This document shows positions 26,747 to 36,146 of a stretch of 55,585 bases of DNA, piece by piece; the first letter of the stretch is position 1, and each line of letters begins with the position of its first letter. The notes below the pieces were generated by a model. The model was not told the origin of the DNA. It did not search any database and was given only the letters and a program-made list of their open reading frames with translations. The translations under genes and the position numbers were made by a program. The stretch comes from Vicinamibacterales bacterium (GTDB taxonomy: Bacteria; Acidobacteriota; Vicinamibacteria; Vicinamibacterales; SCN-69-37), in NCBI GenBank assembly GCA_036274235.1, contig DASUGC010000111.1:1-55585 (forward strand), in the 5' to 3' direction.

Positions 26747-29491
26747 ATGATGAAGCTCGCCGAACATTTCAGACTCGAAGAAGCCCGTCAGAAGACGGCG
26801 CCCTGGAAGGCCTGGGGCCCCTACCTCAGCGAGCGTCAGTGGGGAACGGTCCGGGAAGACTACAGCCCGGACGGCGACGCCTGGAATTTCTTCACACACG
26901 ACCACGCGCGGTCGCGAACCTACCGCTGGGGCGAAGACGGCCTCGCCGGAATCTCCGACGACCAGCAGCGCCTGTGTTTCTCCCTGGCCCTGTGGAACGG
27001 CCGGGACCCGATCCTCAAAGAGCGCCTGTTCGGGCTGACCAACAGCGAAGGCAATCATGGCGAGGACGTCAAGGAGTACTACTTCTACCTCGACAGCACG
27101 CCGACGCACTCGTACATGAAATACCTCTACAAGTATCCGCAGGCCGAGTTTCCCTACGCGGATCTTGTGGACACCAATCGGCGACGCACGCGGGAGGAAT
27201 TCGAGTACGAACTGCTCGATACGGGCGTGTTCGACGAAGACCGGTACTTTGACGTGTTTGTGGAGTACGCCAAGGCCGGTCCGGACGACATGCTGGTGAA
27301 AATCACCGCCGTCAACCGTGGACCCGCAGCGGCCGAACTGCACCTGCTGCCCACGTTGTGGTTCCGCAACGACTGGGCGGACTGGATCGCTCCGTCGAAC
27401 CGATCGGCCGAACGTCCGGTCATCGAACAGATCCCGGGATCGGCGGGATCGACGGCCGCCGCGGCGAGCCACGGCGAACTCGGGCAGTTCATCTTCGCCT
27501 GCGACGGTGACGTGCCGCTGTTGTTCACCGAAAACGAGACGAATCACGAGCGCCTCTTCGGCGCGCCCAACGCGACGCCGTACGTGAAGGACGGCATCAA
27601 CGACCACGTCGTGGGCGGCCGGACCACCGTGAATCCCGGCCGGCGGGGGACCAAGGTGGCCGCGCACTACCGCGGCGGCATTGGCGCGGGGCAGAGCCGT
27701 GTCATCCGGCTCCGGTTGGCGAAGGCCTCGTCGATCCGCCAGGCCAGGCCGCCCTTCGGGCCGCCATTCGACGAGGTGTTCAGCGGGCGGATGCGGGAGG
27801 CCGACGAGTTCTACGCGTCGGTGACGCCGTCGTTCGTGAGCGCCGACGAGGCCAGCGTCATGCGCCAGGCCCTGGCCGGGATGCTCTGGAGCAAGCAGTT
27901 CTTCTTCTTCGACGCCGACAACTGGCTCGACGAGCACAACTCCAACCCGCTGCATTCCGGATATCGAGCCGCGCGCAATTCCGAGTGGTTCCACATGTTG
28001 AACAAGGACATCATTTCGATGCCCGACAAGTGGGAGTACCCGTGGTACGCGGCCTGGGATCTGGCATTTCACGCCCTGCCGCTCGCGATTGTGGATCCGG
28101 ACTTCGCGAAAGAGCAGATGCAGCTCATGCTGCGCGCGTCCTACCTGCACCCGAACGGGCAGATGCCCGCCTACGAGTGGAACTTCAGCGACGTCAATCC
28201 GCCGGTACATGCGTTCGCCACGTTGTTCCTCTATCGAACCGGGATGGCCGTGCGCGGCGAGAGTGACCTGGACTTTCTCAGGACCACGTTCCAGAAGCTC
28301 CTGCTCAATTTCACCTGGTGGGTCAACCGCAAGGATCGCTTCGGCAAGAACGTGTTCGACGGCGGCTTTCTCGGACTCGACAACATCGGCGTGTTCGATC
28401 GCAGCGCGCCCCTGCCGACCGGCGGCCATCTGGAGCAGGCCGACGGCACCGCCTGGATGGCGCTCTTCAGTCAGAACATGCTGGAGCTCGCCATCGAGCT
28501 GGCCGCCCGGGATCCGACCTACGAACAGATGGTGTTCAAGTTCGTGGAGCACTTCTACTACATCGCATCGGCCATGAACCGTCCGGGCGCCGACGGCATG
28601 TGGGACGAGGAAGACGGCTTCTATTACGACATCCTGCGGCTTCCGGACGGCACCGCCACGCGACTGAAAGTCCGGTCGCTGGTGGGGCTGCTGCCGCTGT
28701 GTGCCACGACCGTGATGGACGCGTTCCAGCGCGAGCGCGTGCCGAATGCGATGCGCTTCATCCAGGAACGGATGCGACGAATCCCGGAGCTGTCGGCCTC
28801 CATTCATCCCACCGGACCCGGCCACTACGGTGTGAACGACCGCGGCATCCTCGCGCTGCTCACGCCTGAGCGCCTCCGCCGCGTGCTCGCGCGGATGCTC
28901 GACGAAGGGGAATTCCTCGGACCACACGGCATCCGGTCCATCTCGAAGTTCCACGAGAAGCATCCGTACGTGTTTCACGCGAATGCGCAGGAGTACCGCG
29001 TGGATTACCTGCCGGCCGAATCGAACACCGGCATGTTCGGCGGCAATTCCAACTGGCGCGGCCCGGTGTGGATGCCGGTCAACGCGCTCATCATCCGGGC
29101 GCTGCAGAACTTCTACCTGTACTACGGCGACAACTTCCAGATTGAATGTCCGACCGGCTCCGGCCGGATGATGAATCTGTTTGACGTCAGCAAGGAAATC
29201 GCCCGCCGGCTGATCAGTACGTTCACGCGGGATGAACGCGGACGCCGTCCGGTGTTTGGCGGATCCGAGAAATTCCAGACAGACCCGCAGTGGCGCGACT
29301 ACATCCTGTTCTACGAGTACTTTCATGGGGACAACGGCGCCGGGCTGGGCGCCAGTCATCAGACCGGCTGGACTGGACTCGTGGCCAAGCTGATCGAGCT
29401 GTACGGCTTCGTGGACGGGAAGCGGCTGCTCGGGGAAGGCAAGCAGAGGGGTTTCCCGCACGAGGACGCCGGGATCGAAACCCGGCGCTAG
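26747..29491 (+). CDS. GH63/MGH1-like glycoside hydrolase ('glucosidase')
   Basis: About 914 aa. The N-terminal block WGPYLSERQWGTVREDYSPDGDAWNFFTHDHARSRTYRWGEDGLAGISDDQQRLCFSLALWNGRDPILKERLFGLTNSEGNHGEDVKEYYFYLD is characteristic of this widely annotated glucosidase family. An (alpha/alpha)6-type C-terminal region includes YPWYAAWDLAFH. I trimmed it to ATG 26747. Confidence 0.75.
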   Translation: MMKLAEHFRLEEARQKTAPWKAWGPYLSERQWGTVREDYSPDGDAWNFFTHDHARSRTYRWGEDGLAGISDDQQRLCFSLALWNGRDPILKERLFGLTNSEGNHGEDVKEYYFYLDSTPTHSYMKYLYKYPQAEFPYADLVDTNRRRTREEFEYELLDTGVFDEDRYFDVFVEYAKAGPDDMLVKITAVNRGPAAAELHLLPTLWFRNDWADWIAPSNRSAERPVIEQIPGSAGSTAAAASHGELGQFIFACDGDVPLLFTENETNHERLFGAPNATPYVKDGINDHVVGGRTTVNPGRRGTKVAAHYRGGIGAGQSRVIRLRLAKASSIRQARPPFGPPFDEVFSGRMREADEFYASVTPSFVSADEASVMRQALAGMLWSKQFFFFDADNWLDEHNSNPLHSGYRAARNSEWFHMLNKDIISMPDKWEYPWYAAWDLAFHALPLAIVDPDFAKEQMQLMLRASYLHPNGQMPAYEWNFSDVNPPVHAFATLFLYRTGMAVRGESDLDFLRTTFQKLLLNFTWWVNRKDRFGKNVFDGGFLGLDNIGVFDRSAPLPTGGHLEQADGTAWMALFSQNMLELAIELAARDPTYEQMVFKFVEHFYYIASAMNRPGADGMWDEEDGFYYDILRLPDGTATRLKVRSLVGLLPLCATTVMDAFQRERVPNAMRFIQERMRRIPELSASIHPTGPGHYGVNDRGILALLTPERLRRVLARMLDEGEFLGPHGIRSISKFHEKHPYVFHANAQEYRVDYLPAESNTGMFGGNSNWRGPVWMPVNALIIRALQNFYLYYGDNFQIECPTGSGRMMNLFDVSKEIARRLISTFTRDERGRRPVFGGSEKFQTDPQWRDYILFYEYFHGDNGAGLGASHQTGWTGLVAKLIELYGFVDGKRLLGEGKQRGFPHEDAGIETRR

Positions 29492-29495
29492 CGCG

Positions 29496-30977
29496 ATGAG
29501 ACCCTGGCCTCGCCATCCGGTCGTCTACGAGATCAATGCGTGGACGTGGCTCCGCGATCTCAGCCGGAAGTACCACCGCGAGGTGGACCTGGCCGATGTG
29601 CCCGGCGAGGAATGGGATGACCTGGCAGGCCACGGCTTCGACGCCGTCTGGTTCATGGGCGTCTGGGAGCGCAGCCCGGCCGGCATCGCGATCTCGATGG
29701 AGAAGGCGAGCCAGCTCGACGATTTTCGCCGGGCGCTTCCCGATTTCCAGCCCGCGGACAACGTCGGGTCTCCGTACTGCGTCCGCCGCTACGTCGTCGA
29801 TCCGCATCTCGGTGGACCTGACGGCCTGGCCGCGGCACGTCGGCAACTGAGCCGTCGTGGCGTGAGGCTGATTCTCGACTTCGTCCCCAATCACGTCGCG
29901 CCCGACCATCCATGGGTGACCGAGCATCCCGAGTATCTGATTCAGGGGGATGCCGACGACCTGCGGCGCGACCCGGCATCGTTTATCGCCGCTGCCGGCC
30001 GCGTCTTTGCTTGCGGCCGCGATCCGTTCTTCCCGGCGTGGTCGGACGTCGTGCAGGTGAACGCGTTTCACCCCGGCCTGCGGCGTGCGGCCCTGGAGAC
30101 GATCAACGCGATCGCCGGCCAGTGCGACGGCATTCGCTGCGATATGGCGATGCTCATGCTGAACAACGTCTTCGAGCGGACCTGGGGCGCGCGTGCAGGC
30201 GCCAGACCGGCCGACGACTACTGGCGGTCGCTGATTGCGGCAACCAGCATCGCCTGGGCCGGCTTCACGTTCATCGCCGAGGCGTACTGGGACCTGGAGT
30301 GGGAACTGCAGCAGCAGGGCTTCGCCTTCTGCTACGACAAGAAGCTGTACGACCGCATGGAACACGGCGCCGCCGAGCCCATCCGGCTGCATCTGCTGGC
30401 CGATCAGGACTATCAGCGCAGGATGCTCCGGTTCATCGAGAATCATGACGAGCCGCGGGCCGCGTCGGTATTCCCGCCCGCCAAGGCGCGCGCGGCGGCC
30501 TTCGCAATTCTGACGCTTCCGGGCGCGCGTTTGCTGCACGAGGGCCAGTTCGAGGGGCGGAAAGTCCGGCTGCCCGTGTTTCTGGGCCGGCGGCCTGACG
30601 AGCCGATCGACGCCGATCTCCAGCACTTTTATCGTCAGGTGCTCGCGGCGACGGCCCGCGACGTGTTTCGGTCAGGCGAATGGCGCCTGTGCCATCGCCG
30701 CGGCTGGCCCGACAACGAGACGGCGCTCAATCTCCTGAGCTGGTGCTGGACGAATGGTGACGAGCGATACCTGGTGGTGATCAATTTCTCCGACGCCCCG
30801 GCTCAGGGCCTGGTCCAGTTGCCCTGGGATGGGTTGCGCGGGCGGGTCTGGCGCCTCACCGACAGGGTTTCCGACGAATCGTACGACCGCGACGGATCGG
30901 AAATGCGCGAGGCCGGTCTGTACGTCGATCTCTCGCCGTGGAAGTGCAATTTGTTTCAACTGAATCTGGCCAACTGA
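29496..30977 (+). CDS. alpha-amylase-family (GH13) glycoside hydrolase
   Basis: 493 aa with GH13 regions I-IV recognisable: DFVPNH, GIRCDMA, FIAEAYWD, FIENHDE. The start is 4 nt after the GH63 stop. Confidence 0.8.
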   Translation: MRPWPRHPVVYEINAWTWLRDLSRKYHREVDLADVPGEEWDDLAGHGFDAVWFMGVWERSPAGIAISMEKASQLDDFRRALPDFQPADNVGSPYCVRRYVVDPHLGGPDGLAAARRQLSRRGVRLILDFVPNHVAPDHPWVTEHPEYLIQGDADDLRRDPASFIAAAGRVFACGRDPFFPAWSDVVQVNAFHPGLRRAALETINAIAGQCDGIRCDMAMLMLNNVFERTWGARAGARPADDYWRSLIAATSIAWAGFTFIAEAYWDLEWELQQQGFAFCYDKKLYDRMEHGAAEPIRLHLLADQDYQRRMLRFIENHDEPRAASVFPPAKARAAAFAILTLPGARLLHEGQFEGRKVRLPVFLGRRPDEPIDADLQHFYRQVLAATARDVFRSGEWRLCHRRGWPDNETALNLLSWCWTNGDERYLVVINFSDAPAQGLVQLPWDGLRGRVWRLTDRVSDESYDRDGSEMREAGLYVDLSPWKCNLFQLNLAN

Positions 30978-30992
30978 CAGGGAGTACAAACG

Positions 30993-31574
30993 ATGAAATC
31001 AGCCGGCTATCTCCGTCACGCCCTGACCCTCGTTGGAGCGGCGCTGCTTGCGACCACCACGGTCGCCGCGCAGAACGTTCCCGCGCGCAGCAAAGAAATG
31101 CTGATCTCCGTTATCGCGAAAGTCGAAGCCATCAACCACGCGACACGAGAAGTGACGCTCAAGGAGTCCTCCGGCCGTACGGAAACGTTCACCGTGGACA
31201 AGCGGGTGACGCGGCTGGATGAAGTCAAAGTCGGCGATCAGGTCATCGCCGAGTACTACGTGGCGTTTGCCGCCGAACTGCGGGCTCCCACCGCGGAAGA
31301 GAAGGCGAATCCCTGGCAGGTGCTGTCCACGACGGCGAAGGCGCCCGCGGGCACTCAGCCGGCTGCCGGCTCGCTGCGCATGGTCAAGGCCGTGGTGACG
31401 GTCGAAGGCCTGGACAGGCTGACCAGGTCGATCACCGTGTCGGGCAAGACCGGAATTCTGACCGTGGAGGTCGAGGACGTGGCCGCCCTCTCCAAGCTCC
31501 ACCTGGGCGACACCATCGTCGTGACGTTTACCGAGGCGCTGGCTGTTTCGCTGGAAAAGCGGCCTGCCAGGTAG
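30993..31574 (+). CDS. hypothetical periplasmic protein with an internal tandem duplication
   Basis: Signal peptide is ALTLVGAALLATTTVAAQ. Two similar ~60-aa units are present (VIAKVEAINHATREVTLKESSGRTETFTVDKRVTRLDEVKVGDQVIAEY and VKAVVTVEGLDRLTRSITVSGKTGILTVEVEDVAALSKLHLGDTIVVTF). Confidence 0.6.
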   Translation: MKSAGYLRHALTLVGAALLATTTVAAQNVPARSKEMLISVIAKVEAINHATREVTLKESSGRTETFTVDKRVTRLDEVKVGDQVIAEYYVAFAAELRAPTAEEKANPWQVLSTTAKAPAGTQPAAGSLRMVKAVVTVEGLDRLTRSITVSGKTGILTVEVEDVAALSKLHLGDTIVVTFTEALAVSLEKRPAR

Positions 31575-31665
31575 CCGGGTCGTGCCTGGAAACGAACGTC
31601 CGTGGGACAGGTCATTGCCGGCTGTGGCCTTCGACTATTTCTGTCGAAAAAGCCCGCGCCGCTCA

Positions 31666-31680
31666 TGGCCTGACTTTTGC
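31666..31680 (+). promoter_or_regulatory. candidate sigma-54 (-24/-12) promoter TGGCCTgacttTTGC
   Basis: It has GG-N10-GC spacing and lies directly upstream of mini-STAS paralogue 1. It contains an in-frame stop (TGA 31671-31673), so it is non-coding. A near-identical motif precedes paralogue 2. Confidence 0.5.
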
Positions 31681-31685
31681 TCGGA

Positions 31686-31964
31686 GTGAATGTCGTGGAT
31701 TGCTGGATTGGCGTCATCCATGAGGCAGACAAATGCGTGGTCCGTGTCGCGGGCACGCTGACGCGGGCGCAGGTGCCCGAACTGGCCAAGGCCTGCGCGA
31801 ATTGCGGCGTTCTCGTGCTGGATCTGCAGGATCTCGTCAATGCCGACGCGGCGGGCATCGATGCCATTCGCGGCTTTCGCGGCTCGGGCGCCACGCTGGT
31901 CGGAGCCAGCGGCTACATCCAGATCAAGATCGATTCGGCCGTCGCCGGGTCGCGGCCGGCCTAG
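31686..31964 (+). CDS. mini STAS-like protein, paralogue 1
   Basis: About 90 aa: (M)NVVDCWIGVIHEADKCVVRVAGTLTRAQVPELAKACANCGVLVLDLQDLVNADAAGIDAIRGFRGSGATLVGASGYIQIKI. The beta-alpha pattern and the LDL..L..aDaaGi segment resemble MlaB/SpoIIAA STAS folds. The start is ambiguous (TTG 31677, GTG 31686, GTG 31695). An in-frame TGA at 31671 blocks extension further 5'. Confidence 0.6.
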   Translation: MNVVDCWIGVIHEADKCVVRVAGTLTRAQVPELAKACANCGVLVLDLQDLVNADAAGIDAIRGFRGSGATLVGASGYIQIKIDSAVAGSRPA

Positions 31965-31985
31965 AAACGGAAAAACGGCAGGGCC

Positions 31986-32037
31986 GTACCCGTCGTACCC
32001 GTCGCCCGTCGTACGTGTCGTACCCGTCGTACCTGTT
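31986..32037. repeat. tandem 9-bp repeat array GTACCCGTC (about 6 units, degenerate), intergenic
   Basis: gtacccgtc gtacccgtc gcccgtc gtacgtgtc gtacccgtc gtacctgtt. It lies between the convergent mini-STAS (stop 31964) and sigma-54 activator (stop 32036-32038). Confidence 0.85.
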
Positions 32038-33688
32038 ACGCCGTCGGCCGTATCACGCCGAGCTTCTTCATGCGGAATCGCAGGGTGTTCGGGTGGATCC
32101 CGAGCCGTTCCGCCGCATTGTCCTTGCCGTTGATCCGCCAACTGCACTCATTCAGCACGGCTTCGATGTGTGCGCGTTGAACGGCATCGAGACTGTCGCC
32201 GTCAAGCTGCCGGACGGGACGTTTTCCTTCCATGAATGACTCGTCGAGCTGCAGGACTCCGCCGCCCGATCCGATCATGGCGCGCTCGATGACATTGTCC
32301 AGCTCGCGGACATTGCCCGGCCACGTATGCTGCTGGAGCGCCCGCATGACGGACGTCGGGACTTCCGTGATGCGCCTTCCCAGCTCGCGCTGATGGCGGT
32401 TGATCAGGAACCAGACGAGCCGCGGAATATCCTCGGGACGTTCCTTCAGCGAGGGAAGGCGGATCGGATAGACGCTCAGGCGGTAATACAGATCCGCGCG
32501 GAACCGGCCTTCCGCAACCGCGGCTTCCAGATCCTGATGCGTGGCCGCGATGACGCGGACGTCGACTTTGCGCGTCCGTGACGATCCGACGCGCTCGAAT
32601 TCGCCTTCTTGAAGCACGCGGAGGAACTTGACCTGGACTTCCGGCGACAGGTCGCCGATTTCGTCGAGGAAGATCGTCCCCCCGTCCGCCACTTCGAATC
32701 GGCCCTGCCGCAGCCCGACCGCCCCTGTGAACGCGCCCTTTTCATGGCCGAACAATTCACTCTCGACAAGCGTCGGGGGCAGCGCGGCGCAATTGACCCG
32801 GACGAGCGATCGCGCGTGCCGGCGGCTCCGCGCGTGCAGCGCCCGGGCGAACAGCTCCTTGCCGGTGCCGGTCGGTCCGGTCAGCAGGACGGTGGAATTG
32901 GTGGGCGCCACGAGATTGACACGCGTAAGGGCGACCTTCAAGGCCGCGCTTTCGCCGACGATGTCGTCAAAGTCGTGGTAGTTCTTGATTTCTTCTTTCA
33001 GGTAGACGTTGTCGGCCTGCAGCCGCGCATTGAGCTCCTGGATCACCACGACGTTCGAGCGCAACGCGCTCTCGTTGATCCGGGTATGCAGGGCGGCGCT
33101 GAAAATGTCCGCCATGAGCCGGAGCCGCGTGACGCACGGATTCGGCCACGGCCGATCCGCGCGGTAGGCTTGCAGGACCAGCGCGCAAATCACATTGGGA
33201 TTCGGCGCCGCGGGCACGCCCAGGATGGAGCAGGCGCCGGTCCGCTGAGCGAGCTCGCGCGCCCACACCGCGTCAATGGGCAGATCCTTCGCCGCTTCAA
33301 TCACCACCGACTCGCCCCGGGCCAGAGGCTCGGTCAGCCAGTCTTCTATCAGCACCGTCGGATCGATTCCATCGATCGGCGCGCTGGCGAATGTATCGGC
33401 GACGGTACCGGTCGTCGAGAACTGCACGAGCTGGCAGCCGTCGGCACCGGTTGCGGCGGAGATCTCATCGAGCGTTTCGATGATGGCGGGAGCAAGTTCG
33501 AGATCGTGGGCTCGGGTGAGCCGCGTGGATGCGTTTACCGCCAACTCGACGAGCTTGTCGGCGAGGGTGTCCGGGAAGTTGGGCGAGGGAATGCTGGTGG
33601 CCACCGAGGGATGGTAGCCATGCCTCCGGGCGAGTTGAAGGTACTTCTTCCGACCAGCCGGGACCGTAAATCTACTGATCGAAGTCAA
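32036..33688 (-). CDS. sigma-54-dependent transcriptional activator with N-terminal GAF domain (Fis-type HTH)
   Basis: 550 aa. The AAA+ core has Walker A LLTGPTGTGKELFARALH, the GAFTGA loop in ESELFGHEKGAFTGA, and Walker B IFLDEIGDL. The C-terminal HTH is AAERLGIHPNTLRFRMKKLG. The N-terminal ~190 aa are GAF-like. Confidence 0.92.
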   Translation of the reverse strand: MTSISRFTVPAGRKKYLQLARRHGYHPSVATSIPSPNFPDTLADKLVELAVNASTRLTRAHDLELAPAIIETLDEISAATGADGCQLVQFSTTGTVADTFASAPIDGIDPTVLIEDWLTEPLARGESVVIEAAKDLPIDAVWARELAQRTGACSILGVPAAPNPNVICALVLQAYRADRPWPNPCVTRLRLMADIFSAALHTRINESALRSNVVVIQELNARLQADNVYLKEEIKNYHDFDDIVGESAALKVALTRVNLVAPTNSTVLLTGPTGTGKELFARALHARSRRHARSLVRVNCAALPPTLVESELFGHEKGAFTGAVGLRQGRFEVADGGTIFLDEIGDLSPEVQVKFLRVLQEGEFERVGSSRTRKVDVRVIAATHQDLEAAVAEGRFRADLYYRLSVYPIRLPSLKERPEDIPRLVWFLINRHQRELGRRITEVPTSVMRALQQHTWPGNVRELDNVIERAMIGSGGGVLQLDESFMEGKRPVRQLDGDSLDAVQRAHIEAVLNECSWRINGKDNAAERLGIHPNTLRFRMKKLGVIRPTA

Positions 33689-33804
33689 ATAATCTACGGT
33701 GGGCCGTCAGGGCCCCATCAGCGGATCGGGGCCAACCCTGAAAAGTCCGCCAGTCCAGGTATTTCCGCTACCATAGGCGGGCGGCTGGTCGCCTGGCCGA
33801 CGTC

Positions 33805-35997
33805 ATGCTGGTCCTGCGTCGTGCCCTGTTCACGGGATTGATGGTCACCGCGGCCCTCTTGCCGCCAGGGCGGACCACCACGCTCGCCCAATCGCCGGCG
33901 GCCATTTCGAGCTCGCCGCGCAGGTCGGTCCTCGTCCTGTACTCCACGCGGCGCGGGGGAGTGGTGGAGGCCGTCTCCGATCCGATTCTCCGCCGGATGA
34001 TCGTCGATGGCCTCAATGGCGCGGTCGATTACTTCCCGGAGACCATCGACATTCTCCGGGCGTCCGATCGCGGCTACCAGGAGGCGCTCGCCCACTTTCT
34101 GGCGCAGAAGTACGCCGATCAGAAATTTGATCTGTTCGTGGCGATCGGGGACGCGGCCTTTGCCTTCCTGAGCCGCTTCCGGGGTCACGGTGCGGTCGCG
34201 GTGCCATTCGTTTTCTCCGTGGCCACGGAAACGAAGCCCCCGCCGAACGCGACCGGCATCATCAGCGGTCCGCATTTCAGAGACACGCTTGAAAGCGCAC
34301 TGGCGCTGCATCCCGGCACCCGGAGGGTGGCCGTCATCAGCGGCGCCTCCCAGGTCGATCGCGACTACGAAGCTCAGGCGCGCGCGGAGTTCAAAGCGCT
34401 GGAGGGGCGTGTCCAGTTCGACTATCTGGGCGGGCTCCCCATTGCGGCGGCGCTCAACCGCGTGGCCCATCTGCCGCCGCATTCCATCCTGCTGCTCACG
34501 ACCTTTGCTGAAGACAGTGAGGGGCGGAATTTCACGACGCTCGACATCACCGAACGGCTCAGCAGGGCCGCCAACGCGCCGATGTACAGCTGGGTCAACG
34601 TCAGCCTGGGACAGGGCATTGTCGGCGGGCGGATGGCCAGCCAGGAAGTGCTGATCGCGCGGGCCGGAGACCTCGCGTTGCGCGTGCTCCGAGGCGAAGC
34701 GCCCGCGACCATCCCCGTTCAGAACGTCGATTGGACCACGACGCAGTACGACTGGAGGCAACTGCGCCGCTGGGGCATCGACGAGGCCCGGCTGCCGCGG
34801 GGCGCGCAGGTCCTATTCCGCCCGCAAACGATCTGGAAGCAGTACGGCAGCTACGCGCTGGCCGGCGGCGCGCTGCTGCTGCTGCAGGCCGGTTTCATCG
34901 TGACGCTGCTGATTCAGCGCGCCGGACGCCGGAAGGCGCAGATGGCGCTCCGTGAAAGCGAAGAGCGTTTTCGTCTGATGGCCGACACGGCGCCGGTCCT
35001 GATTTGGCGGGCGGGCATCGACAAGGGCTGTGATTTCTTCAATTCTCCGTGGCTCGAGTTCACCGGCCGGCCGCTGGAACAGGAACTGGGCACGGGCTGG
35101 ATGGCCGGCGTGCATCCGGAGGATCTTCAGGGATGTATCGATCAATATGCGGCGGCCTTCGAAGCGCGGCAGATGTTTCGGATCGAGTTTCGCCTGCGCC
35201 GAGCTGACGGCGAGTATCGCTGGCTGATGGACACGGGCGTGCCTCGATACGACGACCGGAACCAGTTCGCGGGGTACGTCGGATCCTGTATCGACGTCAC
35301 CGACTACCGGCAGGCGATGGAAGACTTCAGCGAGAGCCAGCGCCAGCAGCAACAGCTGGCCGGCAAGCTGATCGACGCGCAGGAGCGGGAACGCGCGCGC
35401 CTGGCGCGCGAGCTTCACGACGACATCAATCAGCAGCTGGCGGGCCTCGCCATCTTTCAGAGCGGCATCCGGCGCCGCGCCGAGCTGCCGGCCGGCGGCC
35501 TGAGTCTCGCGGCCGACCTGCGCTTCCTGCAGGAGCGCACCGCAACCGTCGTCGAAAGCATCCGCAGCATGTCGCGCGGATTGCATCCCGTCATGATTGA
35601 GCACGCCGGCCTTGTCGCCGCGCTGTCGGCGCATTGCCGCGAGCTCGAGCGCACCAGCCTGCTCAGGTTCGAGTTCACGGCCGAGGGCAATTGCGACAAA
35701 CTCGGTGCGGCCGCCCGCTTGTGCCTGTATCGCTCGGCACAGGAGGCCCTGCGCAATGCGGTCGCCCATGCCTCCGCCAGCCAGATTACGGTGCGGCTGC
35801 GCTGTGATGGACACAACGGGGAAGTCACGATTGCCGACGACGGCCAGGGCTTTGACGAGCGGGTCGTCCGACGGCAGGCTGACGGCCTTGGTCTCATCAG
35901 CATTCAGGAGCGCGCCCGCCTGGCCGGCGGCACCTTCTGCGTCGTGACGGAAAAAGGAAAGGGCTCGTCGATCACGGTCCGGATTCCGGTCCAGTGA
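33805..35997 (+). CDS. sensor histidine kinase (periplasmic ABC-substrate-binding-like domain, TM, PAS, HisKA_3, HATPase_c)
   Basis: 730 aa with a signal/TM segment, then ~300 aa of periplasmic domain (VLVLYSTRRGG.., FVAIGDAAFAFL..). TM segment YALAGGALLLLQAGFIVTLLI is followed by PAS (ESEERFRLMADTAPVLIW..EYRWLMDTGVPRYD). The HisKA_3 H-box is LARELHDDINQQLAGL, and the ATPase has G-boxes (DDGQGFD, GLGLISIQERA). Confidence 0.9.
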   Translation: MLVLRRALFTGLMVTAALLPPGRTTTLAQSPAAISSSPRRSVLVLYSTRRGGVVEAVSDPILRRMIVDGLNGAVDYFPETIDILRASDRGYQEALAHFLAQKYADQKFDLFVAIGDAAFAFLSRFRGHGAVAVPFVFSVATETKPPPNATGIISGPHFRDTLESALALHPGTRRVAVISGASQVDRDYEAQARAEFKALEGRVQFDYLGGLPIAAALNRVAHLPPHSILLLTTFAEDSEGRNFTTLDITERLSRAANAPMYSWVNVSLGQGIVGGRMASQEVLIARAGDLALRVLRGEAPATIPVQNVDWTTTQYDWRQLRRWGIDEARLPRGAQVLFRPQTIWKQYGSYALAGGALLLLQAGFIVTLLIQRAGRRKAQMALRESEERFRLMADTAPVLIWRAGIDKGCDFFNSPWLEFTGRPLEQELGTGWMAGVHPEDLQGCIDQYAAAFEARQMFRIEFRLRRADGEYRWLMDTGVPRYDDRNQFAGYVGSCIDVTDYRQAMEDFSESQRQQQQLAGKLIDAQERERARLARELHDDINQQLAGLAIFQSGIRRRAELPAGGLSLAADLRFLQERTATVVESIRSMSRGLHPVMIEHAGLVAALSAHCRELERTSLLRFEFTAEGNCDKLGAAARLCLYRSAQEALRNAVAHASASQITVRLRCDGHNGEVTIADDGQGFDERVVRRQADGLGLISIQERARLAGGTFCVVTEKGKGSSITVRIPVQ

Positions 35998-36127
35998 TGA
36001 CCGCCCCTTTCGGGCGTCGTGATAGCGGCTCACAGCCCGTTGTGAGATGGTGATGCACTGTTGACCCCATTACCAGGCGCCGCCACGAAAATCCGTGTCA
36101 AACCGCCTGCTGACCACAGCCGGTCCT

Positions 36128-36142
36128 TGGCCTGGGATTTGC
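36128..36142 (+). promoter_or_regulatory. candidate sigma-54 (-24/-12) promoter TGGCCTgggatTTGC
   Basis: It has the same TGGCCT-N5-TTGC architecture as 31666-31680 and lies directly upstream of mini-STAS paralogue 2. Confidence 0.5.
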
Positions 36143-36146
36143 CCCG

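Noticed and set aside
26666-29461. 931-aa ORF on the minus strand, the second-longest ORF in the track
   Set aside because: It lies exactly antisense to the GH63-like gene, whose translation carries clear family motifs. The antisense product is Arg/Gly/Pro/Val-rich low-information sequence with no motif. Stop-free antisense frames are expected in GC-rich coding DNA. The same reasoning applies to 21688..23031, 33718..34761, 34813..36033, 42988..44601, 7800..9032, 9081..10064, 29223..30626, 48293..49630 and similar ORFs.
33794-33808. TGGCCGacgtcATGC, a -24/-12-like match in the EBP/kinase divergent spacer
   Set aside because: The -12 element is ATGC, and its ATG is the kinase start codon itself. 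A sigma-54 promoter there could not express the gene. It is probably a chance match, and it warns that TGGCC strings are common in this GC-rich DNA.
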